A DNA stretch of 64,000 bases, taken from NCBI GenBank assembly GCA_025603075.1, contig MU626303.1, positions 59,302-123,301 of the forward strand, given 5' to 3'. A program made the position numbers and the translations under genes. Below the pieces are notes generated by a model. That model searched no databases. It saw only the letters and a list, made by a program, of their open reading frames with translations, and had not been told where the DNA came from. The stretch comes from Neoconidiobolus thromboides FSU 785 (lineage: Eukaryota; Fungi; Entomophthoromycota). Shown in pieces: positions 1 through 16,183 of this stretch. How positions within the stretch are numbered: the stretch's first letter is position 1; each line of letters starts with the position of its first letter.

Positions 1-925
1 TGGGACTTTAGTAATTCAATGGTTATATCAATCAAGTAAGAAGTGTTTAAATGAAAATGGTAAGGTTTTATAATTAGTTTCTATTTATATAGTATATATT
101 TAATAATTATTATTCTTAGATAATCAACAAGAGCTATTTTTTTTAACATTATTTTCAGTTTTAATTAATGGGACATTAATTTCTATTATGCTCGAAAGTT
201 TTCATTGGAATTTAATAGGCTTTACAACAATTTATGTGACATTGTATTTAGTCAATTTGAGTATTTTGTTGCTATATATTTATATTGAAAATTATTTCAT
301 TTTAAAAAAAATCTTAGTGAATTATGAAGGTATCAAATCAATAATTAGTAGGAATAAGAGTGGTAATTTACTTTTTATTCAATAATAATGAATATTTATT
401 AATTTTGTTTATTAACAGTATTAATAGCTTCAATAAATAATTATTTAAATTATCTCATTATTAATAGTACATTAATAATAACAGAAACAATGAATCAAAA
501 TTTCAATTTATTACACCAATATTTAATTTTTACAATTTGGTTGAATGAAATAATGACAATTAAATATTCCGCTATTAAACATCAGTTAGTTTTATTTTAC
601 ATTTATTTTACAATAACAGTCACTTATTTTAATTTAAATTTAATTAATTATTTGATTTTTTTACCTTGGTTAATTACTTTAGTAAGTTAACTATTTATTT
701 AAGATAAAATAAAATTGATTTTTATATTAGTATTTCAATACCAAATCTATAACTGATATTAGTCTACCATGGTATTTTAAATTAAGCGAAACTTTATTAT
801 CCCTATTATTCCTTCTTTTTATAAATATTTCAATAATTTATTATTATCTAAGTCAAAATTTTATACTCATCTGGCTTTATCTAGGTTTTTATTCTATACT
901 CTACTATTTAATTAATAATGTTTAA
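1..925 (+). CDS. 3' part of an unidentified polytopic membrane protein (5' end outside the window)
   Basis: Three GT-AG introns (60-119, 363-418, about 681-730) join in consistent phase. They link ORFs 188..385 and 490..690 into one hydrophobic frame ending ...YSILYYLINNV* (TAA 923-925). No family recognised. Confidence 0.6.
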
Positions 926-1025
926 CATTAATGACAGTAAATAAAGAATAATTCTTTTGAATTTTTATTTTTTATTCATTTTTAACAATCATATATATTT
1001 AACTATTATCATTTTATATATTTTT

Positions 1026-2594
1026 TTAAAAATAAAGTTTAACTAACTCATCGGATACACCAGAAGGTGTTAATACACCTAAATCCGTCACTAATAAAGA
1101 TATGTATGATGGTGGTGTATAATCTAAACTTGGAGTTTTAACCTAAATAAATTTTATTAATAAATTTTAATTTAATAGTATTTTAAATAATAAATAGTTT
1201 ATATAAAGATAATTATTAATTTAAAATTCAAACTAGATAAACTAAATTACTCACCATAATCCCGGTAATATCTGTATGATCTATATGATCACTTTTAATA
1301 ATTTCAGAATAAGCTCGAATTTCAGGTAAATTTAATGGCACCTCCGATTGATTTAATGGAAATAATCGTACAAATTTAAAGCTAATTAATAATAATAAAA
1401 TTAATATAAAGTATCTAAAAATTCCTCTTGTCTTTTTCCATTATAAATTCAATTCACTTACCTTTCAGCCAAGCAGTAAAAAGGCACATTATTAGCTTTA
1501 GCAATAATGGATAATTGATATGTTCCTACCTAAATTAATTAAAAAAATATTAACTCTATTGAAACAAAACTTTATATCATGTTTTTTTTACTTGATTAAT
1601 TAACCCTCCATTTTCAACTACACCTTCCGCCCCAACTAATACTAAATCCACTTGATCCATAATGTATCCTACACCAACATCAAGTATTAATGTTGCATTG
1701 ATACCAGCTTCGGTCAATGCTTTAACAGCTGAATAGCTATCAATAAATAACAGAATAGGTTAAATAAAATTAACATATTATTCAAAAAAATTAAAACAAT
1801 ATTAAGAGTACTTACCCAGCGGAGGTGGGTCTCGATTCCGTGACATAAACTTTAAATCTTTTTTTCAAACTTAAAGCTAATTGTAAAGCGGACATAACCA
1901 CTCTTGAAAAGGAATGAATTAAGATAACCTATAATAATCAATTATGTTAATAAACTTAATCCTTCTATTTTTCTCTTCTATTTCCTTTCTTTCTTTCTTC
2001 ACTTTTGTTTCCTTTCAAAAAAAATAATTACTTTAAAATAAAATCAACTTACCGAATCATCTTTAATAAATTGAATGGCCAAATTAGCAATTCTATCTCT
2101 ACAAGTAGCTGCTTTATTACAAAATTGATTTCCTCTATTAATCAAATGCGCTTTAAATAAAGAAAACTCTGTAAATCCAGGTGAACTACGTGTAATAAAT
2201 CGTTGAAATAAATCACAGCCTGCAGAAACTGGGATAGTATTACAAAATGGTACCGTTTTGAGTTGGGAAATTACATTTTCAAGGGTGTTCATTAATTCAG
2301 ACATAGTGAGGGCTAAAAAAGTAAGTCAAAAAGTAAGTGGATAAGTTTTATGTGAATTACCTGTATCCTTTTCGATAACTTCGATCAACACTTTGATGGC
2401 CGCGACTGGGATAGCAAATTGCTATGGATAAAATTAGTATATTATTGAAGAATTGGGAATTCTATCTATTTTACTAATTCATTTTTTAGCAAATATTCAA
2501 ATCTCTCAATGAAATTGAAGGGGTTATCTAAGAAAAATCGGTTAGTTTATTGTGTTTATATTAATTAATATTAAGATTTACCTATAGTGGACAT
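1026..2594 (-). CDS. GCN3: Translation initiation factor eIF2B subunit alpha
   Basis: Spliced translation MSTIDNPFNF...[11 protein letters not shown]...[12 protein letters not shown]...HSFSRVV...VTESRP...[14 protein letters not shown]...[32 protein letters not shown]. These are typical eIF2B-alpha motifs. Confidence 0.95.
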
Positions 2595-2765
2595 CTTTTT
2601 TTAAATAATTTTACAATTTTATTTCTATTTTATTTTTTTAAAAAGCGATTCAGCTCAACTTTTTTGCAATTGGATTCAGCATGATGAATAAAAATTGCAA
2701 AGCTTAAAAAATAAGATGTGGAAAACGTAATTAAAAAATGAGCAAGGGAGATTTTTTTGTAAATT

Positions 2766-4256
2766 ATGGAAGCGTGGAATTTAATTGAAAGTGATCCAGG
2801 TGACTATTTGAAATAACAATAATGAAGAATAAACATAATATACTAAACTAATAATTATAAAAAGAGGTATTCACCAATTTAATCCATAAACTTGGAGTCA
2901 ATGGAGTGCAAGCAAAAGAGATTCATATAATGGACCAATTTTTAGAAGATGAAAAAAAGTAAACTTTAATATAAAGCTTCCCTTGAAAATAATTTTTATT
3001 AACTTTCACTAAAATAGTCAAGTCTATGGCTTAATATTTTGTTTTAAATGGGAAAATAGAAAAGATACACAACTTGAAGAGAACTATACCTCTGATCAAA
3101 ACATTTATTTTCCACAACAAGTAAGTTCCATTTGGGTCTATCTTCAACCATCAAAAATATTAGTTAGATTATTAATATAAATTTAGATCATCACTAATGC
3201 TTGTGCTACTCAAGCTATTTTATCCATCTTATTTAATAATAAAAAGATTGAACTTGGTGCTGACTTGACTCAATTTAAAGAATTCTCATTGGACTTTCCT
3301 GCTGATGTGAGACATAACAGCATTTCCTAAATTATAGGAAACTCACTAACTATCCCTCTTTTTTTTAGTTAAAAGGAGAAATGATTGGAAGTTCGGATTT
3401 AATTCGTAATACTCATAATTCGTTTTCAGGGTAAGAGATTAAATAGACAAAGTATATAAAAGAAAATTAATTAATAATATAGTTCGGATGATTTCATATC
3501 TCAATGGTATAAAGAACATCTAAATGAAGTATATAAAGATCGACCCAAAGAAGATGCATTTCATTTTTCCTCTTTCTTACCAATTAACAATCAATTATTT
3601 GAACTAGATGGTTTAAAAAGAGGACCTATAGAACATGGTAAGTTTTTAAAATGTTATTGAAACAGAATGAAAATGAGTTTTTTTAAATTGTTTTTACTAT
3701 TAGGTCCAATTAATAATGAAAATTGGGTAATTCAAGCATTTGATATTATTAGAAAAAAAATTGAAAGGTGATATGCTATGTTGATATTAACTATTATTGT
3801 ATGTTTGTTAACTTATTATAATAGCTATGGTGGTGCAGAATTAAGATTTAATTTAATGGCAATTACAGAAGATGAAATTGATATTTTAAAGAAAAAAATT
3901 CAATTATTAGAAAATCAATTAATGGAAAATGTAAGTTATTAATAAATTTTTAAAGGTAAATTAATTGATTGTTTTGTTATTATTATGATAGCCAAATGAG
4001 AGTGTATTACAGTATCAATTAATTGAATTAAAAGATCAATTGGAATACTCCGATAGATTAAGACAGAAATCAAAGGTAAAATAAGAGAATTATTTTTTTA
4101 TTTTTTTAGAATTATTTTTTATGTATATAATGTTTTTAGGTGAATTTAGATATCTCTTCTCATAATTTTATACCTTTTCTTTTTAATGTACTTGGTGAAG
4201 CAGCCAAAAACAATCGACTTGGGCCTATTTTAGAGAAATCAAATAAAAAAGAATAG
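2766..4256 (+). CDS. UCH37: Ubiquitin C-terminal hydrolase UCH37/UCHL5 (peptidase C12), multi-intron
   Basis: Spliced translation [15 protein letters not shown]...[15 protein letters not shown] (catalytic Cys)...EDAFHF (His)...[10 protein letters not shown], then a C-terminal ULD-like region ([11 protein letters not shown]). Divergent from GCN3, about 170 bp apart. Confidence 0.93.
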
Positions 4257-4489
4257 TTATAATGGAAGGTTTAAATAAAGAATTTGTAATAGTTATTGCA
4301 TAATAATAAGTTATGAACAAGTTTTTTTCATTTTTAAGGGATAGTATTTGTACTTTAATTTTATATAAATTGAACTTTTGAGTTTTTTGTTTATTCTTAA
4401 TATTAAAAGTTAATTGGTTAAAATAACAAATAGATAGATTAAATATTAAAAATACACAATAGAAATTGTTTTAAATAACATTAATAAAG

Positions 4490-5827
4490 ATGAGGACAAT
4501 ATTACGTACACCGATAGCATTAACATCTAAGATATTTAAACCAACTATAAAGTTTAACTTAACTTCAATCAATTATAAACTATATCAAAATAATCCATTA
4601 TTAATTACATTAACAAAACCCATAAACACTAAAGTAGAAGCCAATGAAACGTTACTTCCTAACAACAATCTCACCCCCACTCCTATTTCAAAACCATTTA
4701 CATTAAAGCCATATATGGAACTAGCACGTATGGATAAACCCATTGGTACCATGTTATTATTATGGCCATGTAGTAAGTAGCCATTATTAATTAAAAATTC
4801 TCCTTTAGTAATTGTTTGAAATATAGTTTGGAGTATTGGTATGGCTAGTTACCATCTTCAATCGGACCTCAGTACCATGCTTTACACTACTACTCTCTTT
4901 ACAACTGGTGCTTTTATCATGCGTGGTGCTGGTTGTACTATTAATGATTTATGGGATGTTAAATATGATAAAAAAATAGAAAGAACCAAGACACGACCAA
5001 TAGCAAGCGGAACACTAACTCGATATCAAGCGTTCAAATTTTTAGGAGTTCAATTATCCGCTGGTTTAGCTATTTTATTACAATTAAATAATTATTCTAT
5101 TGTATTAGGGGCATCATCTTTGGCTTTAGTTGTAATTTATCCATTGATGAAAAGGGTAACTTATTGGCCTCAGTTCACATTAGGTAAGTTAAGATATTAA
5201 AATTCTTATTTTAAAATGAAATAATTTAATTTCTAAATTAAACTTTTATAGGATTAGCTTTTAACTGGGGTGCTCTATTAGGTTGGTCTGCTATGGTAGG
5301 TCATTGCAATTGGAATATTGTATTACCATTATATTGTGCTGGTATATCTTGGACTTTAGTTTATGATACTATTTACGCTCATCAAGTAACCTTATTTAAC
5401 TAACCATTTATTTATCTTTAACCATGACCTTTTCCTTTTATTATAGGATAAACTTGATGACGTTAAAGTTGGAGTCAAATCTACTGCATTGTATATGGGT
5501 GATCAAACTAAATTCTATCTCTCTGGATTCAGTGCTATTACCCTATCTATGTTAACACTCTCTGGGTATTTAAATGGTCATGGAGTACCCTTCTTTTTAG
5601 GTACAATAATAGGTGGTGGTAGCCATTTATATTGGCAATTAAAAACAGTGGATTTAAATAATACCAAACAATGTTGGGAGAAATTTAAATCAAATAATAC
5701 ATTTGGGGCTATTATTGCAGCGGCCATTTTAGCCGATTTATTATGGTTGAAAATGGCCGAAGTTAAAGAAGAGAAAATGACCGAAGTTAAAGAAGAGAAA
5801 AGAATTAATAACGAATTAAAAGTTTAG
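4490..5827 (+). CDS. COQ2: 4-hydroxybenzoate polyprenyltransferase, mitochondrial (UbiA family)
   Basis: [67 protein letters not shown] and [12 protein letters not shown] motifs; basic N-terminal presequence; three introns. Confidence 0.97.
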
Positions 5828-6645
5828 CTATAAAATTAGATTTGTTTATTGTTTTATGTTTTTTAGTGCTACTTTTTAGTATGACGGTTTAAGGTACTTA
5901 TGAAGGGTTTTAATAAAGTTCATTTGATACTATAGGGTGAATATTTAATTAAATAGATTTGTATTATTATAATGAGATTTTAAAATTAAAAATTATACGT
6001 TTAATAAAATATCCATTACTATGATAAAAATATTAATGAATTACACTGTTAAAGTAATCATAAATCTTTTTGATAATAGAATTGATTAAACTAATACTCA
6101 TTATATTAAGTGTTAAATGCTTACTGTATCTTTTATCATTCATTATAGAAGTTTAAGCTTTGATACTTAATTAATAAGTTGAAATAAAATAATATACTAT
6201 TAATTTATATCATTATGCCTTTCTATACTTTAAATTATATATAAAGCTATGACAATATAAAAATAATGCTTTAAACATAAATTTCAAAATGCCAAACAAT
6301 TAAAATAAACATTAATCAGTATAATAGCTTTTTTGAAGAGAGTTCTATTAATATGTGTAAATATGATACAAACTGATAAATATTAATAGGTTGGATTTTT
6401 AAAAAATTAACAATATTGAACTAATAAGTTAAATACATTAAACTATGTTATTTTAAATTTTTTAGTCAGTCTTGTTATACATTAATCATCATATTTGTTA
6501 GCTAAATTATGAAAAAATAGGACGATTAATGTGAAATAGATTGAATAAACTAATAACGACACTTCTAATTTATTTCCTTAATTAGCTATCAAAGAATCCC
6601 AAAATTGGTCATCCAACTCCTTTTTAAATTGTTGAAATTAAATGT

Positions 6646-6742
6646 GGGAGTGTTTTTTGGTTTCATTACTTTTTCCATTTTTTGAGTGCTATTTAAGTGG
6701 AAAAATCGTTAGCAAAATTATTAAACAAAAAAATACATCCTC
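6646..6742 (+). mobile_element. MITE family copy 1, immediately upstream of ORC1
   Basis: GGGAGTGTTTTTTGGTTTCATTAC...AAAAAAATACATCCTC matches the ~100-bp consensus seen 14 times in the window. Confidence 0.85.
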
Positions 6743-6786
6743 ATACTAATTTATTATCAATTTCTAAAACTTAGATTGAATTTACT

Positions 6787-9700
6787 ATGAATCAAAATAA
6801 TAATTCAATCAACTTAGCTGTAGATAATGATATTAATACTCAACAAGAGCAAATCATGGATGGTGATCAACCTCAGCAACTTACAAAAAAGAAAGATGGA
6901 CCAAAGAAAGGTAGACCAAAGAAAGCGAATTTAAATGGAAATAAACAAAATGTCAATATTGACGGTAAAGATGTTTCAAATGGAGTAAATGAGCTTGAAA
7001 AGAATATTGGTAAAGATAATGAAGCAACCAAGGTTAATAATGCAATTAAGAAAAGAGGGAGACCAAAGAAAACGGTATTAAATGTAGATGAAAAAAATGA
7101 TGCTAAGAGTAAAGATAAAGGTATAATAAAAGAGAGTAGAGTAGTAGATGAAGAAGATAAAGTGGATAGTAACAAAGATAAAGTAGGATATAATAAAGAT
7201 GGAGTAGATGATAATGGAGATAATAAATTAACTAACAATAATACAGTTAATAAACGAGGTAGACCAAAGAAAGTAACTTTTGATATAGTTGATAATGAAA
7301 AAGAAACAAATGAAGATGGTATAAAAGGCAACAGTGAAAAGAAAAAACGAGGAAAAATCGCGAAGAGCGATTTAAAAGAAGTAAAAGATAATGAAGTAAA
7401 CGAAAACGTCATTAAAAATGATTCCAAAAAGAAGAAATTAGGTATAACAAAGAAAATTATTTTAGATAAAGTTAATGATAAAGAGAAGTTAAAAGAGAAT
7501 GTTATTAAAAATAACAATGAAGTTAAAAAAAAAGGTAGACCAAAGAAAACAAATTTGAGTGAAATAAAAGCTAATAAGGGTATTAGTATTGTTTTATTAG
7601 ATCAAACAGAAAACCCAATTTTACTAAATAAAAATCAAGACGAAGAAACTTTCAACATAATTCCAACTAGTGATAAAGATAAATCAATCGAGGTAAATAA
7701 AAAACATATAGAAAATACTCAATTGAGTGGCATTATTGAAAAAAAAGGACGAGGTAGACCAAAGAAAAATGAGATAAGTAAACTAATAATTGGTAGGAAC
7801 ATTATCATTATTTTTATTAAATTTAATCAAAGATTTAATTTTATTAGATAAAAGTAAAGATAATGAAGCTTTTAATGTAATTACGATTACTCACCCAGAG
7901 AACACAACTGAAGTAAATCATGAAAATATAGAGGATAACATATCAAATGAAACTATTGAAAAGAAAGGACGAGGTAGACCGAAATTAAATAAAGAATTGA
8001 TGCCACTTGCTAATATCAAAGATATTGGTTTACCAGCTATTATTGTAAAAAAGAGAGGACGACCATCATTAAAATCAAAACTTAATGCTATGCTTAATAC
8101 TAATGGTAAAAAGAAACGTGGAAGGCCAAAGCTTTTGGATCAAAATTCAATAGTAAATATTGCTAATTTGAAAAATCGACTTGGGTTGAGTGATAATATT
8201 GGAAATAATCCAGTTAAAAAAAGAGGTAGACCACGTAAAGATGAGGGTCTAGTTGAAACAACTGTTGATAATACAGAGAAATTAATTAATAGTAAGTTTT
8301 TAATTTTTAGTTTTAATTTGCTTATAAATTAATGATTTTTTAGCTATTCAAATAATTGAAGAATTAGAAAATCAAAGAGGGATTGAAAAGGATCAAAATG
8401 AAAATCAAGAGAAAGAAACTGAAAAAGAAGTTGAAAATACATCTTACATCAATCGTAGTATGGAAGACAGTATTCAATATCAAGAAATTCGTAAAAAATT
8501 ACATGTATCTAATATACCAGAAGAATTACCAGGTAGAGAAAAAGAGTATCAAGAAATATTAATTCATTTATCATCAGCTATTAAAGATAAGGTTTCATGT
8601 TGTTTATGTAATAAGATTTAACACAGTAATTTTGTATGAGCAATTATTGATGTCATTTTTTTAGATATTGCTGGTGTACCAGGTACAGGTAAAACAGTAA
8701 CAGTTAAAAAAGTGATTAATAAATTGGAACAATCAGCTAAATTAAAGGTATAGTAAATATGTATACTATCTAATAATAATAAGTTGTATTTAATTAAAAA
8801 AATATTACAGAAACTTGAAGCATTCAATTATTTAGAAATCAATGGAATGCAATTAAGTGAGCCCAATCAAATCTATTCTAAATTATGGCAAGCATTTACT
8901 GGGGATAAATTTTCAGATATGCATGCTTTAAATTGTTTAAATGAATATTTTGAAGATAAAAGAAAAATTCAAAATAATAAACTATGGTAAATAATAAATG
9001 ATAATAAATAACAAATAATAAATAACAATAAATAATAATTTAATAGGGTCATAGTTATTGATGAATTAGATTTATTAATGAATAAAAGTCAAAGTATATT
9101 ATATAATTTATTTGAATGGCCATTTAAAAAACATGGTAAAATGGTATTAATAACAATAGCAAATACAATGGATTTACCAGAAAGATTATTGGAAAATAAA
9201 GTAGCATCAAGATTAGGATTAACACGAGTATTATTTAATCCATATACATTTCAGCAATTACAAATTATTATCCAACATCGATTATCTCAATTTAATGTAT
9301 TTTATGATGATGGTAAATATTCAATTTTAATAGAATTAAAGTTAAAAATATTAATATTAATAAAACTTGTTTTTATTTATTTATTTTAGGTGGTATTGAA
9401 ATTTGTTCACGTAAAGTAGCCGCTATCTCTGGGGATGCTAGAAGAGTCTTAGATATTTGTAGGTAAAGCAAAGAAATTAGTTGGTATATTGTAATAATCC
9501 TGAATATTAACTTTTAAATAACATAGGAGAGCAGTTGAAATATTAGAAAATGATATTGAATTTCAATACAAAAACAAATTAAGTATTAAATTAATTAATA
9601 CAGTAATTAAAGAAATGTATCAAAGTCCAATAATTAAAGTCATACAAACAATTAATTTATATCAAAAATTAATATTAATTGCATTTAAAATATTAAATCA

Positions 9701-9956
9701 ACAAAATCAATTAATTGAATATGAAGTTAATGAATTATTATTATGTTTTTTAAATTTATCTTATTTTGTTAAAAAAAATCAAAAAGTCATTAAAGGGGAT
9801 TTTTTAAAGAATTTAGCTTTTCTTGTTGATTCAGGTTTAATTCATAATTCTACTCAACCTAAATTATCAATTCATTCCCTTATTTCGTTGAGTTTTAGAG
9901 TTGAGGATATTGCTATTGCACTTAAAAATAGTCCTGAATTAAGTATCTATTTTTAA
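6787..9956 (+). CDS. ORC1: Origin recognition complex subunit 1 with an N-terminal array of nine AT-hooks
   Basis: Phase-compatible introns (7778 or 7793 to 7847; 8292-8343; further introns downstream) join the GRP-repeat exons to LHVSNIPEELPGREKE, YIAGVPGTGKT (Walker A), EINGMQLSEPNQIYSKLW, IDELDLL (Walker B), YNLFEWP, ANTMDLPERLLENKVASRLGLTR and RKVAAISGDARRVLDICRRAVE, then a winged-helix-like C-terminus. These motifs fit ORC1 better than CDC6. Confidence 0.9.
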
Positions 9957-10000
9957 TAAATAAAATAAAGTAATAAAAAATGTTATTTATTTATTTATTT

Positions 10001-11100
10001 TTATTCATTTAACCAATTTGGATTGTTTAATATAAAATTTAAACATTGCTCTAAATTTAAATTCAATTTCAATAATAGCTTTCTTAGTTTGAAATCAACT
10101 ATTTCACTTTCATCTTTCTGTAACCCTAATATCCCTTTTAGCTCCAACACTAATTCATCTGGAATTAAAACTTCATCCCCTTCTTCACTCACTGCATAAA
10201 CTTCACAAAAATAGTTTACTTGTTTTTGGAATTGAGAATAATTTGTTAAATATAATTTAGCTACTTCAGCATCCTATAAATTCAAAAAAATAAAAATAAT
10301 TAATAAAATCCTTAAGGTTTAAGTTACAGGCTTAAATTAACTAGATAAAAAAAATTACCTGTGGATCACTTGGTTCTGGTGATTGTAGTAACACAATAAT
10401 AGATAATATTAATTTGTTCAAACTTAATATTGGTGACCAATTATTAGATAATAGATCAAGGCAAATATAACCCTAATTGAGTCCAAGAAATAATAATAAA
10501 ATTAGTATACTTCATTATTACATGGGGATGTATTTTTTTGCTTAACAATTTTACTAACAATCTTTCTACTCAAATACCGCTTAAAAAATGAAAGAAGCAA
10601 TGAAACCAAAAAAAACATCCCCCTATGTTATTGATAATAAATAGAAATAGAAATAGAAATAAAATGATTGAAAAAAATATTACCGTTTCTGAAGAGATAT
10701 TAGGATGTAGGATTTTAGTATCAAATTGAACTTTAGGCGCTGAAAAGGGATAATTTTTCTATTAATTTTAAAATGTTATTAAAATAAAATAAAATTTCCA
10801 TTAATTTTTTTACTTTGTATTTTTTTATTTAATACAAAAATAATAATAGAATACTTACCGATAGCTTAATGCTTAATTGAAAGATACCAGCTATTTTTAG
10901 AAATATTAATTATTTGAAATAATCTATTTATTTATTTTTTCAATTAAAAAAAATTTACGATAATAAATACTATCTTTAGGTGGTAAAAATCGAACTTGAA
11001 TTTCTTCAAATAAATCTTCTTTTCTTTTAACTATTACTCTAGGTTCTTTACTGATATCTTCCAAATCTTGAATTTCTTTAACAATTCTTTTAAAATCCAT
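10001..11100 (-). CDS. UBC1: Ubiquitin-conjugating enzyme E2, UBC1/UBE2K type, with a C-terminal UBA-like extension
   Basis: Spliced translation MDFKRIVKEIQ...[38 protein letters not shown]...PEPSDPQDAEVA, followed by a helical tail (ORF 10001..10192). Confidence 0.88.
10524..10622 (-). mobile_element. MITE family copy 2, inside a UBC1 intron
   Basis: GGGGATGTATTTTTTTG...AAAAAAAACATCCCC lies within the 211-nt intron 10473-10683. Confidence 0.88.
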
Positions 11101-11259
11101 TTCATAAAAATATTAAAAATAAAGAATAAAAAACTAGTCACAAATAATTTAAGTTAAAAAATTTCTATCACAATAAACTCAGTAATTAAAAAAATTCATA
11201 AAATTGTACCAATCAAATATAAATTTTTATTTCAGCCAATTAAATTCAACATCGAAATT

Positions 11260-14301
<3,042 letters not shown>

Positions 14302-14501
14302 CTTCTTTTTTTATTAAATTATTAAATCGGTTTTTAATTAAATGTCAATTTAAGATTTTTTCTCAATTTTTGTCAAAAATTGAGCCAATCTTTATTTAGA
14401 AAAAAAAATCAAAAAATTAAAACTACCAAAAAGAATCATTGTTTTAAGCATAATTCAATATTTTTATTTTAATTTTAAAATCAATTGCATTTAATTATCA
14501 T

Positions 14502-16183
14502 TTAAAGACGGGAATCAGCACTTGAAATAGTTAAAATATCATTATAGCAAAGAGAAGTTAAGAAATCAGCATAATCTTTACCAACAATTTGTTGCTTAAA
14601 GTATTCTTTAGCCTTTGGGAACTTACTTTGGAAAAATTTATCTCCCATTTGTTGATGTAATTTATTGACTTCTTCATCCAATATTTGTGTCAAATACTCT
14701 GGTGTTACTTTTTGACCTTCCGAAGTAACTACTTGATGATGAGCCCATTGCCAAAGTTGAGATCTAGATATTTCAGCTGTAGCTGCATCTTCCATTAAAT
14801 TATGAATTGGAACACAACCTACTCCACGCAACCAAGATTCAATATAAGCTAAACCAACAGAAATATTTGAACGTATACCGGTTTCAGTAATTCTACCACT
14901 AACTTTAGTATTTAATAAATCAGCAGCAGTGATTTCGACATCATCTCTAGAAATATAAAGTTGGTTAGGTCCATGCATATTTTGTTTAAAGATTTCTTGA
15001 GCAACGGATACTAAAGCTGGATGAGCTACCCAAGTACCATCATGACCTGCTTTAACTTCTCGAAGTTTGTCATTTTTAACTTTATCCATAGCAGCACGAT
15101 TAGCAGTTTCATCATTTTTAATTGGAATTTGAGCAGCCATACCACCCATAGCATGAACTCCTCTCTTATGACATGTTTTAATTAATAATCGTACATAAGC
15201 ATCCATAAAGGGACTGGTCATAGTCACATCAGAACGATCGGGTAATACAAAGGTAGGATCAAATCGGAATTTTTTAATAAATGAAAAGATATAATCCCAA
15301 CGACCACAATTTAAACCAGAAGAATGTTCTCTTAATTCATAAATAATTTCCTCCATTTCAAAACCAGCTAATATAGTTTCAATTAATACAGTACCACGGA
15401 TAGTACCTCTTTGCATACCAATGGTATCTTGAGCAAGGTTAAAGATATTGTTCCATAAACGAGCTTCTAAATAAGATTCCATTTTTGGAAGGTAAAAGTA
15501 AGGTCCTTGGTTTGCTTTTAAAGATGAAAAAGCATTATGGAAAAAGTATAATCCAAAATCAAAAATAGAACCAGAACAAGGTTCATCATCAATAAGTAAA
15601 TGTTTCTCTTCTAAATGCCATCCCCTTGGACGTACTAATAAAGTACAAATCTTACCATCCTTCTTTAATTCATAACGTTTTCCTTCTGGTGAAGTAAATG
15701 AAATGGTGCGTAAAAGGGCATCTCTCATATTTATTTGACCATTGAGACAATTATCCCAAGTTGGTGAAGTGGAATCTAAAACCAGCATTAATTATAATTA
15801 ATAAATCAAAATTAATAATTACCTTCAAAATCAGCCATAAAAGTATCAGCTCCGGAATTCAAAGCATTTATAACCATTTTACGATCAACAGGCCCAGTAA
15901 TTTCAACAGTACGATTAACGAGACCAGGGGCAGGAACAGCAGCCTTCCAAGTAGGATCATTACGAATATGTTCCGTTTCTTTTAAAAAGTTAGGTAATTC
16001 TCCATTACGAATGCGTACTTCTCTTTCTTCTCTTGCTTTTAATAATGCTTTACGGGTAGGGTTAAAAGTACGATGTAATACAGCTACGAATTGAATCGCT
16101 TCTGGTGTTAAAATAGTTTGCTGTTCAGCATTAACTTTACCCAATATTTTAACACCGGGTACATTGACTTGATAGTTACTCAT
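14502..16183 (-). CDS. MLS1: Malate synthase A (glyoxylate cycle) with a peroxisomal PTS1 (-SRL)
   Basis: [78 protein letters not shown]; ends in SRL; one intron near 15782-15821. Confidence 0.98.

Noticed and set aside
6873-7517. 214-aa hydrophobic-looking minus-strand ORF (similarly 25814..26119 and 26159..26440 on +)
   Set aside because: These are antisense shadows of A-rich, Lys/Asn-rich AT-hook coding DNA. The F/L/S richness is a complement artefact, not a membrane protein.
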